A DNA stretch of 64,000 nt from the NCBI GenBank assembly GCA_033763315.1, contig JANRKS010000035.1, positions 32,001 to 96,000 of the forward strand, given 5' to 3'. The notes under the pieces are model-generated. The model did not search any database. It saw nothing but the letters and a program-made list of their open reading frames with translations, and was not told the origin of the DNA. Both the position numbers and the translations under genes were made by a program. This document shows, piece by piece, positions 29,558 to 38,812 of the stretch (position 1 is the first letter of the stretch; every line of letters starts with the position of its first letter). Source of the DNA: Deltaproteobacteria bacterium. GTDB lineage: Bacteria; Myxococcota_A; Polyangia; Fen-1088.

Positions 29558-30730
29558 CTAACCAACCTGCTTCATGGCGCCGGATTGCCGTTGAGCCACA
29601 GCTTCAACAAGCTCATACATCTGCTGCCAGGTGCGATCCCACGACATGTTGGACAAGAAGCGATCCACCTTGAGCAACCAGGCGTCGTTGCATCCAGCTA
29701 AACAAGCCTCCACTGCTTTGACGAAGGTTTGTGGTGTGTTTGCAATGCGGACCAAGCCTTGCTCACCGTAGGGCTTGACCACATCGTGGATAGGCGTTGA
29801 AACAACGCCTTTGCCACCCGCGAGGTATTCTGGCGTCTTGGTGGGGCTGATGTACCGCGTGGCTTCGTTCAAGGCGAACGGCAACATCGTGGCGTCCCAT
29901 CCCCCCAGATAAGCGGGCAATTGATCGTATGACTTGCTGCCCAGGTAATGGATGTTGGCGTTGCGTGGCAGCAGGGCCTCATCGATCTTCACCACCGGGC
30001 CAAGCACCACGAAGTGCCAGTCGGGCCTCAGCTCAGCGATCCCGCGCAGGAGATCAAGGTCCATACGCTCGTCGATCACGCCGTGAAAGCCGATCCGCGG
30101 ATGTGGGATGTTGGCCTGATCATCCGGTTCGTTGCGAATGACGCGCGCCTTGGCGAAGTGAGGCACATCAACGCTGCTCGGGAACGCATGCACGTTGCGA
30201 TGCAATTTGCGTTTGTTCTCAAACAGGCTTTGCCCACCGGTGAACATCACATGCGCGTGTGACATCAGTTCGCGCTCGAGCAACCGCAGCTCAGGCGGAC
30301 AACCGAGGAACCCGGAGAGCTCATCCATGCAGTCGTAAACCACCGCAGAGGCTTCAAGATGCCGCGAAAACGGCAAAGCCATAGGCGTGTAGTACCAGAG
30401 CACGGGCGCGGTGAGCCCAAATCCCTTCACAACTTCATCCACCAGCGCCCGCTGTGCGGTCACACGCTCTTCATGAGAGAGTTCTTTCGGCAGCAGGGGC
30501 GTTACCACCACAACACCACATGGATCGACCTTGATGTGTGAGCCCGTGTTTGGCGCGTCTATCGGTTCTTCGAAGAAAAACACACGGCGGTTCTGTGCCC
30601 ACCGAAGCATTAGATGTTGGGGGCGTTGGAAAACGAAATTCCAACGGAGATGCGAAAAACAAATCAAATCAACGTTGTCGACCGAAACCTCATTCCCCGT
30701 GTTGGAGCGTACGTCTTGCATTTTTACCAT
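29558..30730 (-). CDS. GT-B glycosyltransferase (GT4-like)
   Basis: FSHLRWNFVFQRPQHL, VYDCMDELS, GVIDERMD, SPTKTPEYLAGG; start ATG 30730 or 30721, downstream of the sigma54 site. Confidence 0.9.
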   Translation of the reverse strand: MVKMQDVRSNTGNEVSVDNVDLICFSHLRWNFVFQRPQHLMLRWAQNRRVFFFEEPIDAPNTGSHIKVDPCGVVVVTPLLPKELSHEERVTAQRALVDEVVKGFGLTAPVLWYYTPMALPFSRHLEASAVVYDCMDELSGFLGCPPELRLLERELMSHAHVMFTGGQSLFENKRKLHRNVHAFPSSVDVPHFAKARVIRNEPDDQANIPHPRIGFHGVIDERMDLDLLRGIAELRPDWHFVVLGPVVKIDEALLPRNANIHYLGSKSYDQLPAYLGGWDATMLPFALNEATRYISPTKTPEYLAGGKGVVSTPIHDVVKPYGEQGLVRIANTPQTFVKAVEACLAGCNDAWLLKVDRFLSNMSWDRTWQQMYELVEAVAQRQSGAMKQVG

Positions 30731-30754
30731 CCCGCTTGTTTGAAGAGAGCGGGC

Positions 30755-30770
30755 TGCAAGCACCGGGCCA
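30755..30770 (-). promoter_or_regulatory. sigma54-type -24/-12 promoter of the GT-glf-GH1-GH2 operon
   Basis: TGGCCCG-GTGC-TTGCA versus consensus TGGCACG-N4-TTGCW. Confidence 0.7.
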
Positions 30771-30869
30771 GCGCATCGCGTGGCTACACACAAGGTAGGG
30801 CAACGCCGCCTGGGGCAGCTCTGTAACCAATATGAAAAGTCCGTAACATTCTCTCCAGCATGTGGCTTC

Positions 30870-32714
30870 TTACCCGCGCGACCGCGTCCGCTCCTCGGCA
30901 GCCACAGGAATCATCTGCAAGGTTGGCCACTTCGCGGACAACACAAGCGCCGTGCCGGGCGCTAGGTATTCGATCGGCGTTGAGTGTGGCGTGACATCGA
31001 CTTCGCTGCTGACCACTTCCTGCCAGACGTTCGAGAGCGACTGACCCACGATGTCTTCGACGGACTGACGAGAACCGCCGAAGTTGACCAGCAACAAGCG
31101 CTGCTCCGGTCCCCTCCAACGATGGACCCGCAGAACGTCTCCGCGAGCGTCGGCCAGAAGCTGCTCACGTCGTGATTGCGTGAGCACCGGATCGGTCCTG
31201 CGCAACTGCAGCAGCCGTTTGTAGAGTTGGAGCACACGTTTGTGACCTGGTCGCTCACGTTCTTCCCAGTTGAGTTTTGAACGGACGAAGGTCTCCTGCA
31301 GCTGCGGATTGGGAATGCGTTCTTGGGCGCTCGCGTCCGCAAAAGCAGTCATGTGCTGGAACTCCTGGCGGCGGCCCCGCTCAATGGCCTCGCCGAGTTC
31401 TGCGTCGTGATCGGTGAAGTACAAAAACGGCGAAGACGCAGCCCACTCCTGCCCCATGAAGATGAGCGGTGTCATGGGCAAGAAAAGCAACAGCGTTGAC
31501 GCCGCACAAAATTGATCAAGCGACACCGTATGCGTGAGACGATCGCCTAGCGGCCGATTTCCGACCTGGTCGTGGTTCTGAATGAAGTAGATGAACCGCT
31601 CGGCGGGCAAACAGTCGGCGGACTCGCCTCGCGGCTCACCTTCGCTGCCGTAGCCCTGGCCTTCGTAGAACCAACCCCGATTGATCGTTTGCGCCAAACC
31701 CGCCACACCCGGCGCATAAGCCGCATAATAGCCGTCCTGTTCCCCGGTTAAAGTGACGCGGACTTGGTGGTGAAAGTCGTCGGTCCACAAAGCGGACAGG
31801 CCCGCATCCGTGACGATCTTCGGGTCATTGCGGTTGTCCTCCGCGAACAGAACGCGCGCCGGGCTATAAGCGTTCGCCAGGCTGGCGATCTCAGCCAATA
31901 TGTGGCGTTCAGAGGGATCGACGATGGCGTGGGTGGCGTCCAAGCGCAGACCGTCGAAATGAAACTCTTCCAGCCAATATTTCACGTTCTGGATAACAAG
32001 GTTGCGCATAGGCGCGTTGCCGAAGTCGGGCGCGTCACCCCACAATGTCTTCGTCTCCGCTGTGAAGTATTCGCCGGAGAATTTCGGCAGATAGTTGCCT
32101 GCTGGGCCGAGGTGGTTGTAGACGACGTCGAGGATCACGGCCATGCCAAGACCGTGCGCGCGGTCGATGAAGGCACGGAGTTCGTCGGGTGCGCCATACG
32201 CAGCGAATGGCGCAAATAGCGCTACGCCGTCGTAGCCCCACCCCCGCTGCCCTGCAGGCGCGGCCAGAGGCATGAGTTCGATCGCTGTGATGCCAAGCTT
32301 GGCGAGCTCCTCTAGATGGTCGGCAGCCGCGCTGTATGAGCCTTGGGCCGTGAAGGTTCCCACGTGAAGCTCGTAAAGCACGTAGGCATCCATTGGCATA
32401 TGGACGCCCGCGTGATGCCACGTGAAGCCGGATGTGTACACTGAGGACGGCGCATGAACCCCCTCAGGTTGCCAACGAGAAAAGGGGTCGGGATACACAT
32501 CTGCTGCGAGCTCATATTGATAGCGCTGGCCATGGCGGACGCCAGGCACATAAAGCTCAAACACACCGTCTCCCAGGGCCGTAAGCGCCAGCGAATCGTG
32601 AGTGCCATCGTCATGAAGCAAGCGCAAGCGACAAGGCGAAACGCTCGTCACATACACCCGGAACAGCACGCCCCCTGCGTCTGCAAATGCGCCTAAAGAA
32701 GGAAGTTCGCTCAT
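30870..32714 (-). CDS. treZ: Malto-oligosyltrehalose trehalohydrolase (GH13)
   Basis: YELHVGTFT, WGYDGV, DVVYNHLGP, LRLDATH, QNHDQVGNR, FMGQEW; start ATG 32714. Confidence 0.93.
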   Translation of the reverse strand: MSELPSLGAFADAGGVLFRVYVTSVSPCRLRLLHDDGTHDSLALTALGDGVFELYVPGVRHGQRYQYELAADVYPDPFSRWQPEGVHAPSSVYTSGFTWHHAGVHMPMDAYVLYELHVGTFTAQGSYSAAADHLEELAKLGITAIELMPLAAPAGQRGWGYDGVALFAPFAAYGAPDELRAFIDRAHGLGMAVILDVVYNHLGPAGNYLPKFSGEYFTAETKTLWGDAPDFGNAPMRNLVIQNVKYWLEEFHFDGLRLDATHAIVDPSERHILAEIASLANAYSPARVLFAEDNRNDPKIVTDAGLSALWTDDFHHQVRVTLTGEQDGYYAAYAPGVAGLAQTINRGWFYEGQGYGSEGEPRGESADCLPAERFIYFIQNHDQVGNRPLGDRLTHTVSLDQFCAASTLLLFLPMTPLIFMGQEWAASSPFLYFTDHDAELGEAIERGRRQEFQHMTAFADASAQERIPNPQLQETFVRSKLNWEERERPGHKRVLQLYKRLLQLRRTDPVLTQSRREQLLADARGDVLRVHRWRGPEQRLLLVNFGGSRQSVEDIVGQSLSNVWQEVVSSEVDVTPHSTPIEYLAPGTALVLSAKWPTLQMIPVAAEERTRSRG

Positions 32715-32730
32715 TGGGAGTGAGCGGCCT

Positions 32731-32746
32731 TTCAATAACCTTGCCA
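32731..32746 (-). promoter_or_regulatory. sigma54-type promoter of treZ
   Basis: TGGCAAG-GTTA-TTGAA, correct spacing, 17 bp from the ATG. Confidence 0.6.
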
Positions 32747-32862
32747 AGCGAAGCGGAACTTTGTTCACGTCCCACTCCTTTGGTTGGTAACACAAATCGC
32801 ACCCGCGTTACCCCGACCACCCAAGGGCGACGTGCACCGGGGGCGCGGCCACGCGCAGAAGG

Positions 32863-32878
32863 TGGAACGAACGTTGCA
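32863..32878 (+). promoter_or_regulatory. sigma54-type promoter of the FAD-Rieske gene
   Basis: TGGAACG-AACG-TTGCA, 17 bp from ATG 32895. Confidence 0.7.
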
Positions 32879-32894
32879 CCCCTGCGCGGCCATC

Positions 32895-34466
32895 ATGGCA
32901 CAGCAAGAGAGCGGGTCGGTGTGGAGGATGAGCGAGCAGCAGGCGACGGCGCTGCCACGTGAAGCGACGCAAAGTTTTGACTGCGTGGTCATCGGCGCCG
33001 GCATCACAGGGTTGACGACCGCGCTGTTGTTGGCGCAACGGGGTTTGCGTGTGGCGGTGCTGGACGATTCGGGCGTGGGTTTGGGCGAGACGCTCCGAAC
33101 CACAGCCCATGCCACTTACGTTTTGGACACACGCTTCGAGGAGTTGATCAAGCGGCTTGGTCGCACGGACGCACAAGTCGTGGTGGCCGCGCATGCCCGC
33201 GCCATCACATTCATGCACAGCTTGGCCACCGATGGCGGCGACCCGGATTGCGTGCTCAAGATGGACGGTTTGCTGGTGGCACGTGACGAAGCGCAGGCCG
33301 AGCAATTGGAGAAGGAGTACGAAGCGGCCCGCACCCTGAACGTGAACGCGCAAAAGGCGGAAGGAACCTTGCCACTCGGCGCGCGTGCAGGCCTGCGCTT
33401 TTCCGACCAGGCCGCCGTGGATGCAGGCCGTTATATGACGGTGCTGTTGAAACTTGCCACGGAGCAGGGGGCCCAGATCTTCACGGACACCCGCGTGGAG
33501 AAGGTTGAGGAAGCGGGCGGCACCTGCGTGGTGCACACGAACCGCGGCGAAGTGAAAGCCCAGCATGTCGTCGCGGCAACGCACACATCAATGGTCAATA
33601 CCTTCGCTTTGCACACGCGCATCATTCCCGATCGCACGTATGTGATAGCGGTGCCGAAGCCGGCGGCCTTCCCTCACGCTTTGGTGTGGGACATGGACGA
33701 TCCTTACCACTATGTTCGTCCCGTGACGGTGGATAACGAGGAGCTGCTTATCGTGGGAGGGGAGGATCACCGCGTGGGCGAAGATCCTCACCCCGATGAC
33801 CGCTATGTCCACCTGAAGGATTTCGCGCAAGCGTACCTTGGCACGCACGAAACGAAGTACCAATGGTCCGGCCAGATCCTTGAGCCCGTGGACAGCCTGC
33901 CATTCATCGGCACGGCCCCCGGTTACGCAAAGGTCTATGTGGCTGCGGCGTTCTCCGGCAATGGCACCACGTGGGGCACCATCGCGGCACAGTTGATATC
34001 CGAGTCGATCGCGGGCAAACAACAGGCCCTGCACAACATTGTTCGCCCGTCCCGCGGCCTTCCCGTTCGGGCCGTGGGAGAATACGCGCATCACAATTTA
34101 GACGCCGCCGTTCATGCCATCAAGGATCGCTTCGGGCTACAGACAGGCCTGCAGGCAATCGCCCTGAACGCGGGTGTCCTCGTCGAGCGTAAGGGCAAGA
34201 AGTTGGCGGTGTACCGCGATGAGACGGGAAGCCTCAAGGCTGTCTCGGCCGTATGCACACATCTTGGTTGTTTGGTGGCCTGGAACCAAGCCGAATCCTC
34301 GTGGGACTGCCCGTGTCACGGCAGCCGGTTCGATTGCGATGGACAGGTGGTGAATGGCCCAGCGACCATCAACTTGGCACGTGTTGATCTGAACGACCTG
34401 AACGAGGACGATGACAACCAGCAAGAAGAACCCGTGCGAGGAACTGACTACGCCAACGCATTCTAA
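32895..34466 (+). CDS. FAD-dependent oxidoreductase with C-terminal Rieske [2Fe-2S] domain (YhfW-like)
   Basis: VIGAGITGLTTA, WSGQ...DSLPFIG, Rieske motifs CTHLGC and CPCHGS. Confidence 0.9.
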   Translation: MAQQESGSVWRMSEQQATALPREATQSFDCVVIGAGITGLTTALLLAQRGLRVAVLDDSGVGLGETLRTTAHATYVLDTRFEELIKRLGRTDAQVVVAAHARAITFMHSLATDGGDPDCVLKMDGLLVARDEAQAEQLEKEYEAARTLNVNAQKAEGTLPLGARAGLRFSDQAAVDAGRYMTVLLKLATEQGAQIFTDTRVEKVEEAGGTCVVHTNRGEVKAQHVVAATHTSMVNTFALHTRIIPDRTYVIAVPKPAAFPHALVWDMDDPYHYVRPVTVDNEELLIVGGEDHRVGEDPHPDDRYVHLKDFAQAYLGTHETKYQWSGQILEPVDSLPFIGTAPGYAKVYVAAAFSGNGTTWGTIAAQLISESIAGKQQALHNIVRPSRGLPVRAVGEYAHHNLDAAVHAIKDRFGLQTGLQAIALNAGVLVERKGKKLAVYRDETGSLKAVSAVCTHLGCLVAWNQAESSWDCPCHGSRFDCDGQVVNGPATINLARVDLNDLNEDDDNQQEEPVRGTDYANAF

Positions 34467-34543
34467 AACAATGGCTCAAACGCGAACTCACGCGCGCTAG
34501 GATCCCGTGCGTTGACGCCCTGGATCGTGTCCGGGGCGCGTGA

Positions 34544-36340
34544 TCAGATCCCCAGGTCAGACCACGGGGGGGAGGCCGCAAAAGCGGCATGGATGAGACC
34601 AACGTGAGAATAGGCTTGCGGGAAGTTGCCCCACATCACGTTTGACACGGGGTCGATGTCTTCCGAGATGAGCCCCAGCGGGGTCATTGTGGCTCGTATC
34701 CGCTCCATAATCTCTCGCGCGTCCTTCAGCCGCCCCAGCCGCCCCAGGGCTTCGACCAACCAGAACGTACATAGGGAAAACGCCACGTTGTGCGTACCGA
34801 ACCCGTCGTCCATGCGATAGCGCTTGAGCCAACCGTGGTATTCGAGATCCGCACGGATGGCGTCCACCGTTTGATGCATGCGCGGATCCGAAGGCGGCAA
34901 TAAGCGCAACGTCACCGCCTGGAGCAGCGCCGCATCCACCTCCTTGCCACCGTAATCTGCCACCAAGCAGCCTCGCTGTGCATCGATCGCGTTGTCTAAC
35001 ATCTCCGCGCGAATGCGTTCAGCCGCCTGAGCGAACTCGAATACGTCGTTTGGTCGGTGCAGCTTTGCAATGCGGCTCATTCGATCAGCGGCGGCCCAAC
35101 ACATCAATGAGCTGAACGCTTGGGGCCGCCATTCTGAACGAAATTCCCAGATGCCCGCGTCGGGCTTTCCTGCCACCGCAACCGCTTGCCGCGCCAATCG
35201 GGTGACCAGATCTAGTGTTGACGACGAGGTCTGCTCGCGAAAGCGTGCGTCGAGGAACAGCGGCGTCAACGCCAACACCATTTCGCCAAACACATCGTAC
35301 TGCTTGTGTGAAGCGGCACCATTGCCGATGCGCACGGGCCCTTCGCCCAAAAAACCGGGCCAATCGGTGAGGATCTGCTCCTCCAGATCACTTTTTCCGT
35401 CAATCCGATAAAGCGGAGCCAAATCCAGATCTGGCGACGACGCGGCGATGTTCAACAAGAAAGAGAGGAACTGCTCACGCTCTTCAAAGTGACCCAACAA
35501 TCTAAATGCACCCAGCGTGTAAAAGGCGTCTCGCAACCAACAATACCGATAATCCCAATTGCGACCAGCGCCAGGCGCTTCGGGCAACGAGGTTGTTAAG
35601 GCGGCCACGATGGCGCCCGTATCCTCGAAGCAATGAAGCTTGAGTGCCAACGCCGAACGGATCACTTCTTCCTGATAAAAAGCCGGGATGTCACAGTGCT
35701 TGACCCACGTTTGCCAATATTTCGTGGTTTCAGACAAGAATCGATCGCAAAGGGCCGCCAACGGCTCGTCCACAGCGCTGCCCCACGTCAGCACGAAGCG
35801 CTTCGTTTCCTGCAGCGCAAAGCTTTGACCATCTAGGTACGATAGGCTGGCGTCGGTTGTCAGGCGCAGCTCAGAATCGTAGCCCATGTACGAAATGTGG
35901 TGCGATCCAATTTCGCGCCGCGGGCGCTCCCCCGACCAACCCAAAATGGGATCGCAAACCACGCGGACCACAGGCGTTCCCGCCAACGGCTCGACGATGC
36001 GTATCAACGTGACCGGACGAAAGCTGCGATCGTTTTGTAGAAACCGCGGCGCAAAATCCAGCACGCGAAACGCACCGTCAGGGGTTGTAAAGCGCGTCTC
36101 CAAGATGTTTGTGTTGGAAAGATACCGCTGCTGACCCACGCCCTGGCCGGCCGGGCCGATGATGAAGTGCCCCCCGTCGGCTTCGCGCAACAGCGCACCA
36201 AAGACGGGCGGCGAATCGAACCGGGGCATGCAGGACCACACCACATCTCCGTCGTTGCGAATGTGCGCGGCAATTTGGCAGTTGCCCACGAGACCGATCG
36301 CGCCCAACGCCCCGCCCGGGCCGCCATCACGATGAGTCAT
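34544..36340 (-). CDS. Glycoside hydrolase family 15 (glucoamylase/trehalase-like)
   Basis: GAIVAALTTSLPE, RNWDYRYCWLRD, GIWEFR, GNFPQAYSH; GAGGAG RBS before ATG 36340. Confidence 0.93.
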   Translation of the reverse strand: MTHRDGGPGGALGAIGLVGNCQIAAHIRNDGDVVWSCMPRFDSPPVFGALLREADGGHFIIGPAGQGVGQQRYLSNTNILETRFTTPDGAFRVLDFAPRFLQNDRSFRPVTLIRIVEPLAGTPVVRVVCDPILGWSGERPRREIGSHHISYMGYDSELRLTTDASLSYLDGQSFALQETKRFVLTWGSAVDEPLAALCDRFLSETTKYWQTWVKHCDIPAFYQEEVIRSALALKLHCFEDTGAIVAALTTSLPEAPGAGRNWDYRYCWLRDAFYTLGAFRLLGHFEEREQFLSFLLNIAASSPDLDLAPLYRIDGKSDLEEQILTDWPGFLGEGPVRIGNGAASHKQYDVFGEMVLALTPLFLDARFREQTSSSTLDLVTRLARQAVAVAGKPDAGIWEFRSEWRPQAFSSLMCWAAADRMSRIAKLHRPNDVFEFAQAAERIRAEMLDNAIDAQRGCLVADYGGKEVDAALLQAVTLRLLPPSDPRMHQTVDAIRADLEYHGWLKRYRMDDGFGTHNVAFSLCTFWLVEALGRLGRLKDAREIMERIRATMTPLGLISEDIDPVSNVMWGNFPQAYSHVGLIHAAFAASPPWSDLGI

Positions 36341-36418
36341 CGCGAGCACTCCTCGAGCCCTGCCATCGCAAACCGACTGCTGTTGTTAGATACGTTCGCC
36401 ATTTTGCCCGGGAACCAA

Positions 36419-36434
36419 AGCAACAAGCGTTCCA
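36419..36434 (-). promoter_or_regulatory. sigma54-type promoter of the GH15 gene
   Basis: TGGAACG-CTTG-TTGCT. Confidence 0.68.
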
Positions 36435-36548
36435 GGACGTTACTGGCCGCAACGTTCGTGGAACGCACCATTGTGTTACGCGCCCCGCCCTTCGTTACCA
36501 CACCTGCCCATAGAAGGCTCCGTTAAGCATGCAGCCAGTCACAAAGGC

Positions 36549-36564
36549 TGGCAAGGCGTTTGCA
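36549..36564 (+). promoter_or_regulatory. sigma54-type promoter of the ATP-grasp gene
   Basis: TGGCAAG-GCGT-TTGCA, 22 bp from ATG 36586. Confidence 0.72.
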
Positions 36565-36585
36565 CCGATTGGCAACGTTCCACAT

Positions 36586-37554
36586 ATGCACATCACCGTC
36601 CTTACGTATCTTGAGGAATCAAACGCCGCACCCGATGCGGTTGTGGAGCAAGTGGCCAGCGCCTTAAGGCGCAAGGGCAACACCGTCTCCGTGCTTGGGG
36701 TACACTCGGATCTCGATCAGCTGCAGCAAGGGCTAAAGGCGTTAAAGCCTGATCTGGTGTTCAACATGGTGGAGATGTTCGCGGACGACGCAACAGCTGA
36801 CTATCCCGTGGCGGCGCTGCTTGATCTTCTACGATTTCGCTACACAGGCTCCGGGCCCGGGGAACTGTATCTGACCCAAGACAAGGTATTGGCGAAGAAA
36901 GTCTTGGCGTTCGATGACATTAAGTTTCCGCGCTTTGCGGTTTTCTCGCAGGCGTCAACCTTGGAGACGGGTGGCAACCTGCGAATGCCTCTTTTCGTGA
37001 AGCCGTGCCGGATGGACGCGTCCATTGGCATCGGCAAGCAGTCGTTGGTGCACGATACGATCGCGTTGATGAAGCGCGTGGTGGCGATTCACGAAGAGGT
37101 GGGCGACGCCGCCTTGGCTGAGGAATACATTGAAGGGCGCGAGTTCTATGTTGGTGTGCTGGGTAACGCAGACGCCGTGGCTTTGCCCCCCATCGAGATG
37201 GATTTTTCTCGCTTGCCGAAGGGGGCACCGCACGTCGCCGACGCAGCAGCGAAATGGAACGCCGGTTCAACCGAGTTCGAGGGAACCAATTCTGTACTGG
37301 CACAGATCCCCGACGAACTCCGAGCGCGTTTGCAAAAGGTGTCATTGGACGCCTACCGTGCCCTGCGCGTGAAAGATTATGGTCGCGTGGATCTGCGCCT
37401 GACGGACACAGGCGAAATCTATGTGCTTGAAGTGAACGCCAGCTGCTATCTGGAAAGTGCTTCTGAATTCGCCACAGCCGCGCTGGCCGCCGGCTTCGCC
37501 TACGATGATCTGATCGCTCACATCGTTGATTTGGCAATCGCTCGCTACTCATAA
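36586..37554 (+). CDS. D-Ala-D-Ala ligase-like ATP-grasp protein
   Basis: DLVFN, YTGSG, DKVLAK, PLFVKP...DASIGI, EEYIEGRE, YGRVDLR, LEVNASCYL. Confidence 0.85.
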   Translation: MHITVLTYLEESNAAPDAVVEQVASALRRKGNTVSVLGVHSDLDQLQQGLKALKPDLVFNMVEMFADDATADYPVAALLDLLRFRYTGSGPGELYLTQDKVLAKKVLAFDDIKFPRFAVFSQASTLETGGNLRMPLFVKPCRMDASIGIGKQSLVHDTIALMKRVVAIHEEVGDAALAEEYIEGREFYVGVLGNADAVALPPIEMDFSRLPKGAPHVADAAAKWNAGSTEFEGTNSVLAQIPDELRARLQKVSLDAYRALRVKDYGRVDLRLTDTGEIYVLEVNASCYLESASEFATAALAAGFAYDDLIAHIVDLAIARYS

Positions 37555-38573
37555 TAAGATCCCTGCACGACGTGGTTCATCGCCAAGGCGCAGATCAGCG
37601 TGGTGAGACCAACAATTGCCGCTGGCTCGTCGTCTTTCGCATACCGCAGCGACAGTGACTGGGCATGAGACGCCATTTGTCGGACGAGCGCCCGTGTGCG
37701 CTCCGGGAAATGGCCGGTCCAGATAAACACCTGATCGAGTAACGCGGTCTCCAGGCTCAAGATCAGGGCTGCAGCTTCTCGGCTGGGCTCTGCCGCCTGC
37801 GGTGGGGGAAAGACCGAGCCCAGCAGGCCATCTAGATCGGCCGGGACGGCCTCAATGTTATCCGTCAACGCTTCGTAGTATTGCTCCACGGAGTAAGGCA
37901 GGTTCGTGACGGGCTCGTCGAGATCGTCGCTCAGCGTCTCGGGCTCCTTTGCCTTGATGTGCTCCACCAGGCTTCCGACGTATTCCAACTTCTCCAGGGC
38001 CCGCGGCCAGGCCTTATATTGCGTGCGCCAATCAATTCCCGGCGTCATCCAAACCGCGAACGATTCCGCCCAATCTTCATCCGGATGCTTCTGGGCATAC
38101 CATCCCGGCAGGTGGCGCACATAGCTGCGGGAGAACGGCCTCGGATGATAGTCTTCCAGGTAGGGTTTGCTGATCGGGCCGAACCGCGTCGTCCAATCCT
38201 CACGTTGATACAGCTTGTAGGCGTAGTTCACGACGTGGCCCATCTCGTGCCGCAAGTAACGGAGGATGTCAGCGTCCGAAAACCCTTCCAAGTGCCCCAC
38301 CCTCTCCTTGTGGTACGCGGTCAGCTCTACATCCACCAAGTAGAACGGGATCGCAATGGCGGTGCTGCCCATCGCGACGCCCCACTCTGTAGATAGATAA
38401 ACACGCGGCTGCACACGTTCAAGGCCCACCTGCACCAACTCGGCGCGAAAGGCCGCCACGAGAGATTCCAGCCGTGTGCCCTCAATGCGCAGCCCCAAGT
38501 CCCGAATCGGCTGGTTGCGACGGGCTGATTCGCGGAACCTTGAGGCCACTGCCGGAGGTGATGCCATTGCCAT
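37545..38573 (-). CDS. Putative zinc-binding metallopeptidase (Peptidase_Mx-like)
   Basis: HEXXH in LRHEMGH and downstream YAQKHPDEDWAESFAVW. Confidence 0.82.
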   Translation of the reverse strand: MAMASPPAVASRFRESARRNQPIRDLGLRIEGTRLESLVAAFRAELVQVGLERVQPRVYLSTEWGVAMGSTAIAIPFYLVDVELTAYHKERVGHLEGFSDADILRYLRHEMGHVVNYAYKLYQREDWTTRFGPISKPYLEDYHPRPFSRSYVRHLPGWYAQKHPDEDWAESFAVWMTPGIDWRTQYKAWPRALEKLEYVGSLVEHIKAKEPETLSDDLDEPVTNLPYSVEQYYEALTDNIEAVPADLDGLLGSVFPPPQAAEPSREAAALILSLETALLDQVFIWTGHFPERTRALVRQMASHAQSLSLRYAKDDEPAAIVGLTTLICALAMNHVVQGSYYE

Positions 38574-38586
38574 CGTGCAGAAAGTG

Positions 38587-38602
38587 TTCAAGCCGTGTGC
38601 CA
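38587..38602 (-). promoter_or_regulatory. sigma54-type promoter of the metallopeptidase gene
   Basis: TGGCACA-CGGC-TTGAA. Confidence 0.65.
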
Positions 38603-38722
38603 GGCGAATGGCGGTTCATAGTCAAGTCGTATACGCGGCTAAGCCGTAACGCCCGGCTACAGCGGTGTGACGGCCGCTCGTCTCGCCACTGCCGACAGGC
38701 CTTTTTGCCCGCTTAACGCCGC

Positions 38723-38738
38723 TGGCACGCGGATTGAA
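38723..38738 (+). promoter_or_regulatory. sigma54-type promoter of the BON/stress protein unit
   Basis: TGGCACG-CGGA-TTGAA (perfect -24 box). Confidence 0.7.
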
Positions 38739-38812
38739 GAGAGCGGATTGAAGAGAATCGTCGCAAGTCGAATGGGCGAAGAGCTCGCAAACCACCACAC
38801 GAGGTTCGGCAC

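Noticed and set aside
36586-37554. Calling the ATP-grasp gene ddl
   Set aside because: It lacks Ddl-specific motifs and any cell-wall gene context.
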